A stretch of 64,000 nt of DNA from Deltaproteobacteria bacterium (GCA_029262375.1 JAJCZM010000049.1:3992-67991), one strand, 5' to 3'; counted from the stretch's first letter, positions 28,819-38,800 are shown. A program made the numbers and translations. Notes: generated by a model from the sequence alone, not told the origin.

Positions 28819-29496
28819 TTATTCGCCGGCAAGCTCGGGAATGAGATCCGCAAGCAACTCAGCAGGCCAGTAACGCGGGATCAGACGATTGCCGTAGTAG
28901 AGCGACGGCCCGATAGGCATTCGGGAGATCTGCTCGGAGGTTAGATCGTATGCACTGCGCGTGTGGATCTCGGCCTCTTGCGCAAGCTCAACGTCAGCTA
29001 CGATCGCCTGCAGCGTCTGTTCCGACTCGAAGTCTGTAACGAATCGATCGGGATCCAAATCGAGCGCATCAGCCAGCTCACTCAGCGAGCGCGATTCAAT
29101 AGAAGCACAGTCGGGCAACAACGACTCGTAGGCCTCGAGCAGTTGTCCCTGCTTCGCCGCCGCATGGATTATACGCGCTCCTTTGAGCGCTCCCGGAAGC
29201 GTCCGCGTGCGAAAAGAACTATGAACCAGCGACCAAGCCGTGCCTTCAGCCTCCGTCGCATCCATCAGCGAGAACCCGCCACCCACCTGCGCGTAGTCCT
29301 CTCGGAATCGCGCCATGTCGAGTCCAGCACTGCTAGCCGCTTCGAACATCTCCGTCTCGCCCATCACAAGAAACTTCGGATCAGCTGGGAACTCCGATAG
29401 GAACTCGCGATGCTTCCCTTGATTGATCGATGCGAGACCACCGCGTAGCAACGTACGATGGAATCGAGCGTCACCATCACCGAGAAGCGTGCGCAC
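28819..29496 (-). pseudogene. N-terminally truncated paralogue of the DsbA-like gene at 15708-17033
   Basis: The 225-aa ORF aligns by eye, at roughly nine identical residues in ten, with the C-terminal 225 aa of the 15708 product. It lacks the signal peptide and the N-terminal half. Homology breaks near 29500-29520. Confidence 0.65.
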
Positions 29497-29650
29497 CGTG
29501 ATCGCCAGTCGATACGGTATTCCTTCGATGGACGGCTCATCGGCTCAGCTTGCCGCGGCGCCGGCTAACGCAACAATACCCCACGGAGTATTGTCCGTAG
29601 CGGCGATCCCGTCGTAAAGGATTGAAGATGGCGCGCACCAACGGGGTTCT

Positions 29651-30682
29651 ATGATCGAAAGCGGACGACGTCGCGAGATTGCCCAGACGATCGGGTCGAT
29701 CATGCTCGCCGGAGGACTGGCCGGCGCGCTCTACGGCCTGTTCTTCGAACGTTTCCACATCACCACGGAGATCCTGCAGGGCGCGGCAACGGGCCTAGTG
29801 CTGGGGTTCGTGCTGGCGAGCATCGACGCCGCGCTGATGTTTACCCGTACTGGCGAGTGGATACGCAGCGCGCGCTTCGGCGTGCTGCTCTCGATCCGCA
29901 CCAGCATCTACGTGTTCGTGATCGTCAGTGGCTTAATCCTGAGCGATATCGTTTTCGATCGCGACTCGATGTCGGAGGTCATGGCCGACGACAGCTTCGG
30001 CCACGACATTGCCTTCGCGCTGACGATCGCGATCACCGTCAACTTCGTCATTCTGCTGCGCGGCCTCCTCGGTCAGCGCGTTCTTTCGAACTTCCTGTTG
30101 GGCCGCTACCACACGCCCGTGATCGAGAGACGTGTCTTCCTGGTCGTCGATCTAATCGATTCGACCGGGATGGCCGAGCGTTTGGGCGACAGCCGGTTTC
30201 TCGAGCTGCTCAACCAGTTCTTCACCGACATTGCGGCCGCGGTGCTGGAAACGCGGGGTGAGATCTACAAGTACGTCGGAGACGCCGTCATCATTTCGTG
30301 GAGCGAAGTAGCCGCCCGTCGCAGCTCTCGGTGTCTCGTCTGCTACATCGAGATGCGGCGGCGACTCGAGGCACGAGCCGGCCGTTACATCGAACGGTTC
30401 GGCGAAGCGCCCCGGTTTAGAGCAGCGTTGCACGGTGGGCCCGTCGCCGCGGGCGAAATCGGAGATCTGAAACGCGAGATCGTTTTTCTCGGCGACACGC
30501 TCAATGCGACATTCCGAATCGAAGAGCTGTGCAAAGCACACGGCGTCGCAGGCATGGCTTCGGCCGCCACGGTGGCAGAGCTGCAGGTGCCGGACGGCAT
30601 CCGTCTCGAACCCATCGACGACGTGGTGCTGCGCGGCAAGAGCGGCCCGACGGGCCTAGTCGCATTCGATCTCACGCGTTAG
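29651..30682 (+). CDS. Membrane-anchored class III adenylate/guanylate cyclase
   Basis: 343 aa with ~5 N-terminal TM helices. The catalytic domain follows: VFLVVDLIDSTGMAERLGD...KYVGDAVIISW...FLGDTLNATFRIEE. Confidence 0.85.
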   Translation: MIESGRRREIAQTIGSIMLAGGLAGALYGLFFERFHITTEILQGAATGLVLGFVLASIDAALMFTRTGEWIRSARFGVLLSIRTSIYVFVIVSGLILSDIVFDRDSMSEVMADDSFGHDIAFALTIAITVNFVILLRGLLGQRVLSNFLLGRYHTPVIERRVFLVVDLIDSTGMAERLGDSRFLELLNQFFTDIAAAVLETRGEIYKYVGDAVIISWSEVAARRSSRCLVCYIEMRRRLEARAGRYIERFGEAPRFRAALHGGPVAAGEIGDLKREIVFLGDTLNATFRIEELCKAHGVAGMASAATVAELQVPDGIRLEPIDDVVLRGKSGPTGLVAFDLTR

Positions 30683-31256
30683 GCACAATCCTGCAAGCTG
30701 AAATCTTATGCGGCCGCGTTCAGGGACCTGGGCCTATCGGCCCGTCACCATTGTCAAAGCTATGAGCAGCTTCAGTTGCTTTTCATCAACGCTAGCTCCG
30801 AGAAGTTCTTCCTCGGGAGAAGTCCCGTTTTGAACGAGAATGATCTGTGTGATGATGGTCTTCCAAGAACCGCCGAGGCCTGGTTTGATGGTGGTCTTTA
30901 CGACTCCATCCGTGACACCATCTTTCGTCTTGTAGGTGCTCTGTGTCCGTCGAGAACATCCACACGCACCACCACGGCGCAGACGGCATTATCATTCATC
31001 ACCCGTTGCTCACCGAAGCGTCAGATCCGACGCCCCACCACCGGCTACCAACTGGTACGTCGCCGACGAAACGATATCCAAGACGAACGTTTGTATTGAC
31101 GGACCTTATGTCAGATGGGGCGGAACAGCGGGGCCGATCGGGTGTCTTCCCTAACGCCGAGGCGCTTCTCAGGTAAGCGGCGTCTATCGATCCTCTGGCA
31201 GCGGGAATTGTGCCCAACGGCACAAATCGGGGCATTCCCGACCCGCGCGGTCGCGC

Positions 31257-31526
31257 TCAATCATCGTAGACCTCTCGCCGATGACCGATCTTCACGATCA
31301 GCACGGAGTTCGGCGGTTCGATCGTATAGACAACGCGGTAGTCACCGACGCGCAGTCGTCGCGCACCTTTGAAGCTGTAGCGCAGCGGCTTGCCGAACTC
31401 GATAGGACTCGAGCCGAGCTTTTGCTCGATCGCCCTGCGGACGCGTCGCTTGGCCGTGGTCGAGAGTTTCGGAATGTCGTCACGAACAACGCTTTCCAAG
31501 TACTCGATCCGGTACTTCAATCCCAA
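31257..31526 (-). CDS. relE: RelE/ParE-family type II toxin
   Basis: 89 aa. GKPLRYSFKGARRLRVGDYRVVYTIEPPNSVLIVKIGHRREVY matches the RelE/StbE pattern. Confidence 0.85.
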   Translation of the reverse strand: MGLKYRIEYLESVVRDDIPKLSTTAKRRVRRAIEQKLGSSPIEFGKPLRYSFKGARRLRVGDYRVVYTIEPPNSVLIVKIGHRREVYDD

Positions 31527-31738
31527 GCCTTGTCGTGAGAGATTCGCTTCTGCTTCTTAGCGATTCGGTCGTCGGCTATCCGTGAGAAGTGCAGGTCCTC
31601 TTGATACTCCAACGCCTCCTCGATCAAACTCAAACCGACGCCCGCTACAGATTGGTCGCGTTGGCCCGAGAGGCGCTCGAGCGCCTTGTAAACATCGTCA
31701 TCGACCGTGATGTTGATCCGCTTTTTCGTTGTCGGCAT
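31517..31738 (-). CDS. Ribbon-helix-helix antitoxin (RelB/CopG-like)
   Basis: 73 aa. The N-terminal KKRINITVDDDVYKALERLS is an RHH strand-helix. 10-nt overlap with the toxin gene. Confidence 0.75.
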   Translation of the reverse strand: MPTTKKRINITVDDDVYKALERLSGQRDQSVAGVGLSLIEEALEYQEDLHFSRIADDRIAKKQKRISHDKAWD

Positions 31739-31817
31739 CGCTCACTACCTCGATTGTGAGTGTAACACCAGTGCGACACCTCGGTCAAGCACATCCGCGG
31801 CCTGCCGCGTAGTTCAG

Positions 31818-31990
31818 CGAATTGTGCCCCGAGGCACAGTTCCCGCCCAACCATGCTCGACGGGGCCTAACCGGATTCGCGAAGACGCAGTCTCTTCGTG
31901 GCACGTTCTTCCGCGCGACGCGCTGAGATAACTACTAGGCGGTTGCTTCGCGTGACCAGTACTCTCGCCCTCGCCATGTCGGGCCCAGGA
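31818..31990 (+). repeat. Island right-end element, copy c (with ~75-bp insertion before the att-like copy)
   Basis: GAATTGTGCC-CCGA-GGCACAGTTC palindrome at 31820-31842, then CCGCCCAACCATGC, GCCTAAC and the hairpin CGAAGA/TCTTCG. Confidence 0.7.
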
Positions 31991-32014
31991 TTCAAGTCCC
32001 CCTCCTCGCACCAC
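31991..32014 (+). repeat. Direct copy 4 of the tRNA-Leu 3' end (att-like)
   Basis: Identical 24-mer. The next ~24 nt (CTTCAGCTGAACTTTTTCAACACG) still resemble the sequence after the real tRNA (CTACAACCGAACCTTTTCAAGAAC). Confidence 0.9.
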
Positions 32015-32041
32015 TTCAGCTGAACTTTTTCAACACGGTAC

Positions 32042-32122
32042 ATTCCGCGCGGAATACACATGGGGCACAAATTGCCCAGCTCAACCCAAAAGCGCCTTGC
32101 GGGAATTATCGCATTCCGATAA
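32042..32122. promoter_or_regulatory. higBA-1 promoter region with two inverted repeats (candidate HigA operators)
   Basis: ATTCCGCGCGGAAT is a perfect palindrome at 32042-32055. TTATCG-CATTC-CGATAA lies at 32106-32122, 10 nt before the higB ATG. A related TATCG-C-CGATA lies at 35051-35061, upstream of higBA-2. Confidence 0.45.
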
Positions 32123-32131
32123 CCTAGTAAT

Positions 32132-32422
32132 ATGATCGAGTCCTTCGGGAATCGCCTGGCCGAAGATCTGTTCGCCGACCGACGCTCGAAGGTGATCCGG
32201 AGGTTCCCGCAGGAGCTGTATCGTGCAGCACGACGCAAACTGCTCTATCTGCACGACGCGGCGGCTCTCGGCGATCTGCGCGTGCCACCTGGCAACCGCC
32301 TGGAGGTATTGCGCGGCGAATGGAAAGGGTTCCATTCTATTCGGATCAATGATCAGTGGCGCGTGGTATTTCTGTGGTCGCCCGGAGTCGCAACGGAAGT
32401 ACATGTAATCGACTATCACTAA
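32132..32422 (+). CDS. higB: HigB-family type II toxin (plasmid maintenance system killer)
   Basis: 96 aa. MIESF...LRVPPGNRLEVLRGEWKGFHSIRINDQWRVVFLWSPGVATEVHVIDYH is the HigB hallmark. Confidence 0.9.
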   Translation: MIESFGNRLAEDLFADRRSKVIRRFPQELYRAARRKLLYLHDAAALGDLRVPPGNRLEVLRGEWKGFHSIRINDQWRVVFLWSPGVATEVHVIDYH

Positions 32423-32449
32423 GCGCGCAGGTCTAGAGGCACACTAACG

Positions 32450-32716
32450 ATGAAGACACCGAAGAACCCGTTCCATCCTGGAGAGATACTGCTCGAAGAG
32501 TTTCTCGAGCCGGCAGGCATCACCCAAGCTGCGTTCGCCGAAAAGATCGGTTGGACGCGCGCGCGACTCAACGAACTCATCCGCGGCAAACGTGGCATCA
32601 CGGCCGACGCAGCTCTCGACCTTTCCGAGGCATTGAAGACCACACCCAACTTGTGGATGAACCTACAGTCGACGTGGGACCTGGATCAGGCAAGTCGCAG
32701 GCGCAAGGCGGCGTAA
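32450..32716 (+). CDS. higA: HigA-family antitoxin (XRE HTH)
   Basis: 88 aa. HPGEILLEEFLEPAGITQAAFAEKIGWTRARLNELIRGKRGITADAALDLSEAL. Confidence 0.9.
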   Translation: MKTPKNPFHPGEILLEEFLEPAGITQAAFAEKIGWTRARLNELIRGKRGITADAALDLSEALKTTPNLWMNLQSTWDLDQASRRRKAA

Positions 32717-32800
32717 ATCTGTACCCAAAGGCACAATTCCCGCCCAACCATGCCCGATAGTCCCTAACTGAAATCGCGAAGACGAATACTCAGGCACCTC
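32716..32800 (+). repeat. Island right-end element, copy d (no att-like copy attached)
   Basis: TGTACC-CAAA-GGCACA, then ATTCCCGCCCAACCATGCCC, CCCTAAC and GCGAAGA...TCTTCGC. Starts at the higA stop and runs into the 3' end of the amidase gene. Confidence 0.6.
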
Positions 32801-32833
32801 TTGCCCATCTTCGCTCAAAAATTGCCCCGCTGT

Positions 32834-34255
32834 TCATGGACACAAAGGCCACGGTCGGGCTTCCTCGAGCGCGAACGCAAGTTCCAGCAAACGTCTATCG
32901 TTACCGAGCGGTGCGGCAAACTGGACTCCGACGGGGAGCCCCTTCGGGCTTCGCCCCATCGGCAACGCGATGGCTGGAGCTCCGGAGATATTTTCCATCG
33001 GCGTAAACGGGATGAAGTGCGCAAGGCGCTCGAGCGCCGTGTCGAACGCAACGTCGGTGCGCAAGTAACCGAGCTCGGGCGTTTCGTGCGCGACTACCGG
33101 ACTCAACAACACGTCGAACCGTTCGAAGGCGCGCGCATATTGCGCACCGAACTTGCGCAACCGCGCGATGCTAAACGGGGCGGAGGCGAGGTGCGTTCGG
33201 AAGTAGCGGCTGAGGCCGTGAGTGAACGCCTCGAGCTTTTCCTTTTCGACGCGCACGCCGAGTGAGAGCTTGCCGAAATTCCTAATCGCGAACGCCAACG
33301 CACCCCAATAGACGAAGAAGTCCTCGAGGATGTCGGGTTGAAACGGATTCGGCCCTGCTTCGACCGAGTGGCCGAGCTTCTCGCAAAGCGCTGCCGTGTC
33401 TTGCACGACACCCGCGATAGCCGGATCGCACGCGCTTCCATCGGGAGCATCGGTGAACCACCCGATGCGCAACTTCTCTCGTCCCGGACCTTCGACTCGA
33501 CCGAGCGCGGGTAAGGCGGTGTTGCGAGAATACTGCTCGGCTGCTTCGCAGAACACCGCCGTGTCTCGAACACTACGGCTGACGACACCGTGGGTCACCA
33601 GGGCGACCGGCATGAACTCGGAACCGTGCACCGCGACGAGGCGACCCCGAGACGGCTTGAGACCGACCAAGCCGCAGCACGCCGCCGGGATTCGGATCGA
33701 TCCTCCCCCATCGTTGGCGTGCGCGAGCGGTACAACGCCGGAGGCGACCAGTGCTGCAGCGCCTCCCGACGAGCCGCCCGGCGTGTAGTCCGTGTTCCAA
33801 GGGTTGTGGGTGGGGCCGTTCGCAAGGGGCTCGGTGGTGCCGGTCAATCCGAATTCGGGCGTCGCGCTCTTGCCGAGAGTGATGAGACCGGTCGATTCGT
33901 ACTGCTCGACGAACCCCGAAGACTCTTTCACCGGCACGTTTGCGACCGCGCGAGAGCCGTACAGCGTGGGAAGGCCCTTCACGTCGTCGTTGTCTTTGAC
34001 GAACGTTGGTACACCGCAGAGCAGCCCGGGCCCGAGTGCACCGGGTGCGCCGGCCGCCTCGCGCGCACGATCGAACCCCTTGGTCACGATCGCGCTGAGC
34101 TGCGGGTTCACGCGATCGGCTCGCGCGATCGCTGCATCGACAGCCTCCACTGCACGAATCTCGCCACCAGCGATCCGGCCGGCCAACTCGACGCCGTCCA
34201 TGGTGCCGAGTACGTCGTCGCAGAATGCGGTTACAGTCTTCTGTTCGTTGCTCAC
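32834..34255 (-). CDS. Amidase-signature family amidase
   Basis: 473 aa with the signature GGSSGGAAALVASGVVPLAHANDGGGSIRIPAACCGLVGLKPSRGR. Confidence 0.9.
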   Translation of the reverse strand: MSNEQKTVTAFCDDVLGTMDGVELAGRIAGGEIRAVEAVDAAIARADRVNPQLSAIVTKGFDRAREAAGAPGALGPGLLCGVPTFVKDNDDVKGLPTLYGSRAVANVPVKESSGFVEQYESTGLITLGKSATPEFGLTGTTEPLANGPTHNPWNTDYTPGGSSGGAAALVASGVVPLAHANDGGGSIRIPAACCGLVGLKPSRGRLVAVHGSEFMPVALVTHGVVSRSVRDTAVFCEAAEQYSRNTALPALGRVEGPGREKLRIGWFTDAPDGSACDPAIAGVVQDTAALCEKLGHSVEAGPNPFQPDILEDFFVYWGALAFAIRNFGKLSLGVRVEKEKLEAFTHGLSRYFRTHLASAPFSIARLRKFGAQYARAFERFDVLLSPVVAHETPELGYLRTDVAFDTALERLAHFIPFTPMENISGAPAIALPMGRSPKGLPVGVQFAAPLGNDRRLLELAFALEEARPWPLCP

Positions 34256-34378
34256 AAGCGCGTGTCTAACTCATGGGATCGGCTGATCCAACGAATCGGG
34301 AGAGTGTTCCTCGTCGAAGAAACTCGGACTCGACAGCCCGATATCTTGGTCACACCTGCGGCCGCCAGGGCGTAACGG

Positions 34379-34987
34379 CTAGCCAGTCACCACCGTCGTC
34401 AACGCCAGCTTCTGGACCCGCTCGGCAAGAATCTGGGTGCGGGGGAACTCGAACAGGTGCAGCACGAGCGCGACTGCTCCGAACGGTGCGAACATAACAG
34501 GGTCGCGCGCGATGAAGCCGAGCACCAGACCGTAGATTGCTATCGACTCCTGCAGCGCCAGAACGATGATCGACATTGTATGGCGCGACATCACGACGGC
34601 GAGCACGCGCTGCTCGTCGGCTTCGAGATCGTCGACTCCAGGAAGAGCCGACACGTCGGCTGGGGATGCCGACAGTGCAGCCCGAAGCGCGTCGTCGGAG
34701 AATACGTGACGCTTGAACATCAGCGTACCGATGGCCGTCACGACACTCATTCCCGCCAGGATCGGCAGCATCACGGAAGTGTCGCCGGGTTCACCGGATT
34801 GAGACTGATCGAGTGCGATCATAACTAGGACCGCGCCGTAAAGGAGAATCGCCATACACATGGCAAACCAGATGATGCGACTGGTCCGCTCCTGTGTCGT
34901 CAACAGTTCGGCCAACTTTGGGGAGAACATGGCGCCAGTATACGCGAGGTTGCCGGTGGTGGGCGAGACCGGGAGCACCGCAGGCAT
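34379..34987 (-). CDS. Hypothetical integral membrane protein (4-5 TM)
   Basis: 202 aa with alternating hydrophobic segments. I recognise no family. Confidence 0.55.
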   Translation of the reverse strand: MPAVLPVSPTTGNLAYTGAMFSPKLAELLTTQERTSRIIWFAMCMAILLYGAVLVMIALDQSQSGEPGDTSVMLPILAGMSVVTAIGTLMFKRHVFSDDALRAALSASPADVSALPGVDDLEADEQRVLAVVMSRHTMSIIVLALQESIAIYGLVLGFIARDPVMFAPFGAVALVLHLFEFPRTQILAERVQKLALTTVVTG

Positions 34988-35104
34988 GCGAAGACGGCGT
35001 TGTCAGAAGTTTGCTGGCCCCGAGAGCGAGACGGGAGTTAGGGCTGATGCTATCGCCGATAATAACGCTTGCCGTTACTAACGCACCGCGATACTATATC
35101 ACCA

Positions 35105-35383
35105 ATGATCGTATCGTTCCGGTGCGCCGATACAGAATCTCTCGCTCAGGGTATTCGCGTTCGCCGTTTTCGGAACATCGAATCGGTGGCCCGTCGCAAG
35201 TTGCGGCAGCTTGAGATCTCAACGCGCCTAGACGACCTCCGAGTGCCCCCCGGCAATCGCCTCGAGGCGCTGAAGGGGCGTCGAAAGGGCCAGTACAGCA
35301 TCCGAGTAAACGATCAGTTTCGCGTCTGTTTCCGTTGGACGAGAGCCGGCGCAAGAGATGTTGAAATCGTAGACTACCACTGA
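35105..35383 (+). CDS. higB: HigB-family type II toxin (second copy)
   Basis: The track ORF starts at 35069 (TTG). The ATG at 35105 gives MIVSFRCADTESL..., the usual HigB N-terminus. Contains LRVPPGNRLEALKGRRKGQYSIRVNDQFRVCFRW...VEIVDYH. Confidence 0.9.
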   Translation: MIVSFRCADTESLAQGIRVRRFRNIESVARRKLRQLEISTRLDDLRVPPGNRLEALKGRRKGQYSIRVNDQFRVCFRWTRAGARDVEIVDYH

Positions 35384-35394
35384 GGACGAACATT

Positions 35395-35700
35395 ATGGCT
35401 CGACTTGCTCCAGTAACCCCCGGCGAACTCCTACTCGAAGAGTTCCTCAAGCCAATGGGAATCACGCGCTATCGCCTTGCCAAGGAGATCGGCGTCCCTG
35501 CGCAGCGGATCGGCGAAATCGTAGCCGGTCGTCGAGCAGTCACAGCGGATACCGACCTGCGGCTGTGCCGCTTCCTCGGGCTCTCGAACGGCTACTGGCT
35601 TCGTGCGCAAGCGGCTTACGACACCGAAGTTGCCGAACAGGAACTCGCGGACGAGCTAGACGCGATCCGCCCGTGGCGCCAATCGCGCGCAAACGCGTAG
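35395..35700 (+). CDS. higA: HigA-family antitoxin (second copy)
   Basis: 101 aa. TPGELLLEEFLKPMGITRYRLAKEIGVPAQRIGEIVAGRRAVTADTDLRLCRFLG. Confidence 0.9.
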   Translation: MARLAPVTPGELLLEEFLKPMGITRYRLAKEIGVPAQRIGEIVAGRRAVTADTDLRLCRFLGLSNGYWLRAQAAYDTEVAEQELADELDAIRPWRQSRANA

Positions 35701-35820
35701 ACGTCGTACACGAGTCGGATGTGGGAGGTTCTGCGTTCCCGCCGGGCGAACGAACGCCCCGTACCCTATTAGCATAGGTCTTGGCGATGCCGATGGTGAC
35801 GCCGCTGCCGAAGTACACTA

Positions 35821-38800
35821 TTAAAGCAGCGCCGGGCAGATGAGCGGCACGGGCGTACCAACCGCGACCCTCAATACGAGCAGTGCATCCGCCGATGTCG
35901 TCTCGCCATCGCCGCTCGGGTCGCAGACGGCTATGTCGACTTCGTTGCAGTCGGCCAGACCCACCGCAGCCCGTAACACTCCAAGTGCGTCGCTGGCTTC
36001 CACTATGCCATCGCCGTCATAGTCACCGCATAGCTCGCCGCAGGTCATAGAACAGACATCGCCATTATCGAGGTTTCCGTCGTCGCAGCGCTCTCCCTGT
36101 TCAACGATTCCGTTGCCACACTCGGTGGGAGCGCAAAGACACGTCACTTGGCAACGACCGGGACAAGCGTCGTCATCGTACCCGTCACATTCCTCACCTT
36201 GACTGCCGTCAGCAAAGTGATCACCACACATCGGCGCAACGAATGTCGCGTCGACCACATAGAAAGGAACGGCCTGGCCGTTGTAGCCCGCCACGACGAA
36301 CTCGTAGGTGCCTGGGGCAACGACATGACTCAGAAATGAGCAGTAGCCTGGCCCGCTGTCATCATCGTAGGCTACCTCGACACGCTCTCCAGTCTCATTG
36401 ACGAGATAGAGCGTCATGATCGTATCGTAACTGCAGTCACCTTCGCCATCGCTGGTCTCCAGGACGACGCGCACCTCCGTAGACGTCGTGAACCCGTAGA
36501 CGTCCGATTCTCCATCCTCGAAGCCGCCCTCGAAACGACCACCGTCACCGATTTCGATGGGCTCTACCAGGCAGGACGCATCGCAGCCATCGTCGACGGC
36601 AAGATTTCCGTCATCGCACTCTTCGCCAATCCCGACATCGACTCTCGCATCCCCGCACCCCGGATTTTCGAATTCGACATCGAGCAGGTAGGTATCAGAG
36701 CTGGCGACAGAGTAGGTTGAAACCACAAGCTCATACTCTCCTGGCGACAACGCACGGACGATCGTGCGACAGCCGATCTCATTGAAATCGCCCCTATCAA
36801 CGTACGTAACTTCGACGCCCGTAGTCACATCGAAAAGAATCATGTCGTGGTGATAGGGGACACCACATCCTCCGACATCGTTTGTCATCTCGGCGAGAAC
36901 TCGCGTGTTCTCGTCGACACTGAGAGTAAATATATCGAAGACGCGGGGGGCGGTGCCTGATTCGAAGATACCGCCTTCGGTGATGTCGATGGGTTCTACA
37001 TCGCAAGCTGCATCGCAGCCGTCTCCACCGGCCACGCCACCGTCATCGCACGTCTCCTCGGCGGCGAGATCGACCACGCCGTCGCCGCAGGCGAACGGCT
37101 CAAACACCACCTCGAAGACATAGGGCCCCAAGTCCTCAATGTCGTAGCTGCGAACCTCGATGACGTATTCGCCCGCCTCGAGTGCCTCCACAAGCAGGGC
37201 GCAGCCTAGGTCGTTTCTGGTGCCCGACGCCACGTATTTATCGGGCCGGCCGGACTCTGCCTCATACAAGGTCATCTCCCCGTCAAAGGGGAAGGGACAG
37301 CCTCCCGAACCATCTTGAACTTCAGCGCTTACGCGCAGCGACTCCTCCAAGGTGAATGTGAACAGATCGAACGAACGAGGCTCGAACCGGCCGTCGAAGC
37401 TCCCCCCGCCGGTGACGTCGGTCGCCTCTACTATGCAGGCGTCGTCACATCCATCGCCCGAGCTAAGATTGCCATCGTCGCATTCTTCCGCGATATCGAG
37501 ACCGACATCCACAATTCCATCCCCGCACTGAGGGTCCGAGAATGAAACGTCGAGGACGTAGGCTGGAAGCGTGTCGTAGAAACGCGAGTCAATGACGAGT
37601 TCGTACTCCCCCTGCTCTATCGTCATCACTAGCACCGGACAGCCGCCTGCGTTTATATCGCCCGACCTTACCCAGAACCCCGAGTCCGTAAACTCGTAAA
37701 GTCTCATCTCAATGTCGTAGGGATCCGGACAACCTTCGATACCGTCGCTCACAAGGGCCTCAATGCGCTGGAGGGAAGCGACTGTAAACGAGTAGCGGTC
37801 GAAGGACCCCGACGTCCGACCTCCCTCGAAGCGACCACCTCCGGAGATGTCCAAGCTCTCCACTTCGCACACAGGGCTACACCCGTCGCCGGCGTCGGTA
37901 TTGCCATCGTCGCACTCTTCGGACTCGGCAAGCGAGACGGATGCAGCGCTGCTCCCGACCCCGATGAGAGGGTTGGAATCGTCTGTTCCCGTTCCGCCAC
38001 TGCCGACGCCCACTGGATCACGTGTTCCGTCACCGCACGTCGGAACGGGCATCGAGGCTTCCAACACGTAGGAGCCGCCGGCACCGCCGTCTCTACCCGA
38101 TACGATGAGTTCGTAGCGGCCGGCATCAAGTTGCCGTACAACCGTCGAACAGCCCAACGCATTTGTCGTGCCGCCGGCAACGAACGACACGGAACCATCC
38201 GACTCTGTGAAAAACAGCATCGTCTCCGTGTCGTACGGAATCGGGCATCCATCAATTCCATCATTGATCTCAGCAGAGAATCGCCGCACGTCGCTCAACA
38301 AGAACGTGAATCGATTGAGAGCGCCGGGACCGATGGAGGCGGAAAACTGGCCGCCGCCGCTAATGTCGATGGGTTCGGCCCGGCAGAACGAGTCGCAACC
38401 ATCACCGTCCGTGAGGCCACTATCATCGCACTCTTCGAGCGCATCGACGATACCGTCGCCACAAAACGGATCCTCGAAGGTGACATCGAGCGTGTAGTAC
38501 GGTAGCGCTCGGTCGCGTGACTGGACGACGACCTCGTAGGTTCCTTCGGGCAATGATCGGCGCATGAGCGCGCACCGATCATCGTCTCTGTCGCTGTAGC
38601 CGATCCTGTTCCGCTGCCCGTCGGAACCGACAGCGAACAAAGTCAAGTCCTCCGTGTAGGAACAGGGAACAGGCGAAGAATCCAGACGCGCGTCGAGTCT
38701 AGCGGGACTCGAAAGCGTGAAGGCGAACAAGCCGAATGATCCGGCCTTGAAACCGCCGACGAATCGCCCACCATCGCCGATATCCACCGATTCTACGTTG

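Larger units (their letters stand above)
28740..32014. mobile_element. Putative integrase-less island 3 (same end-family as island 1)
   Basis: The left end 28740-~29520 is homologous to 15629-~16410. The right end 31818-31990 is homologous to 27187-27281. It terminates in att-like copy 4. Confidence 0.45.
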
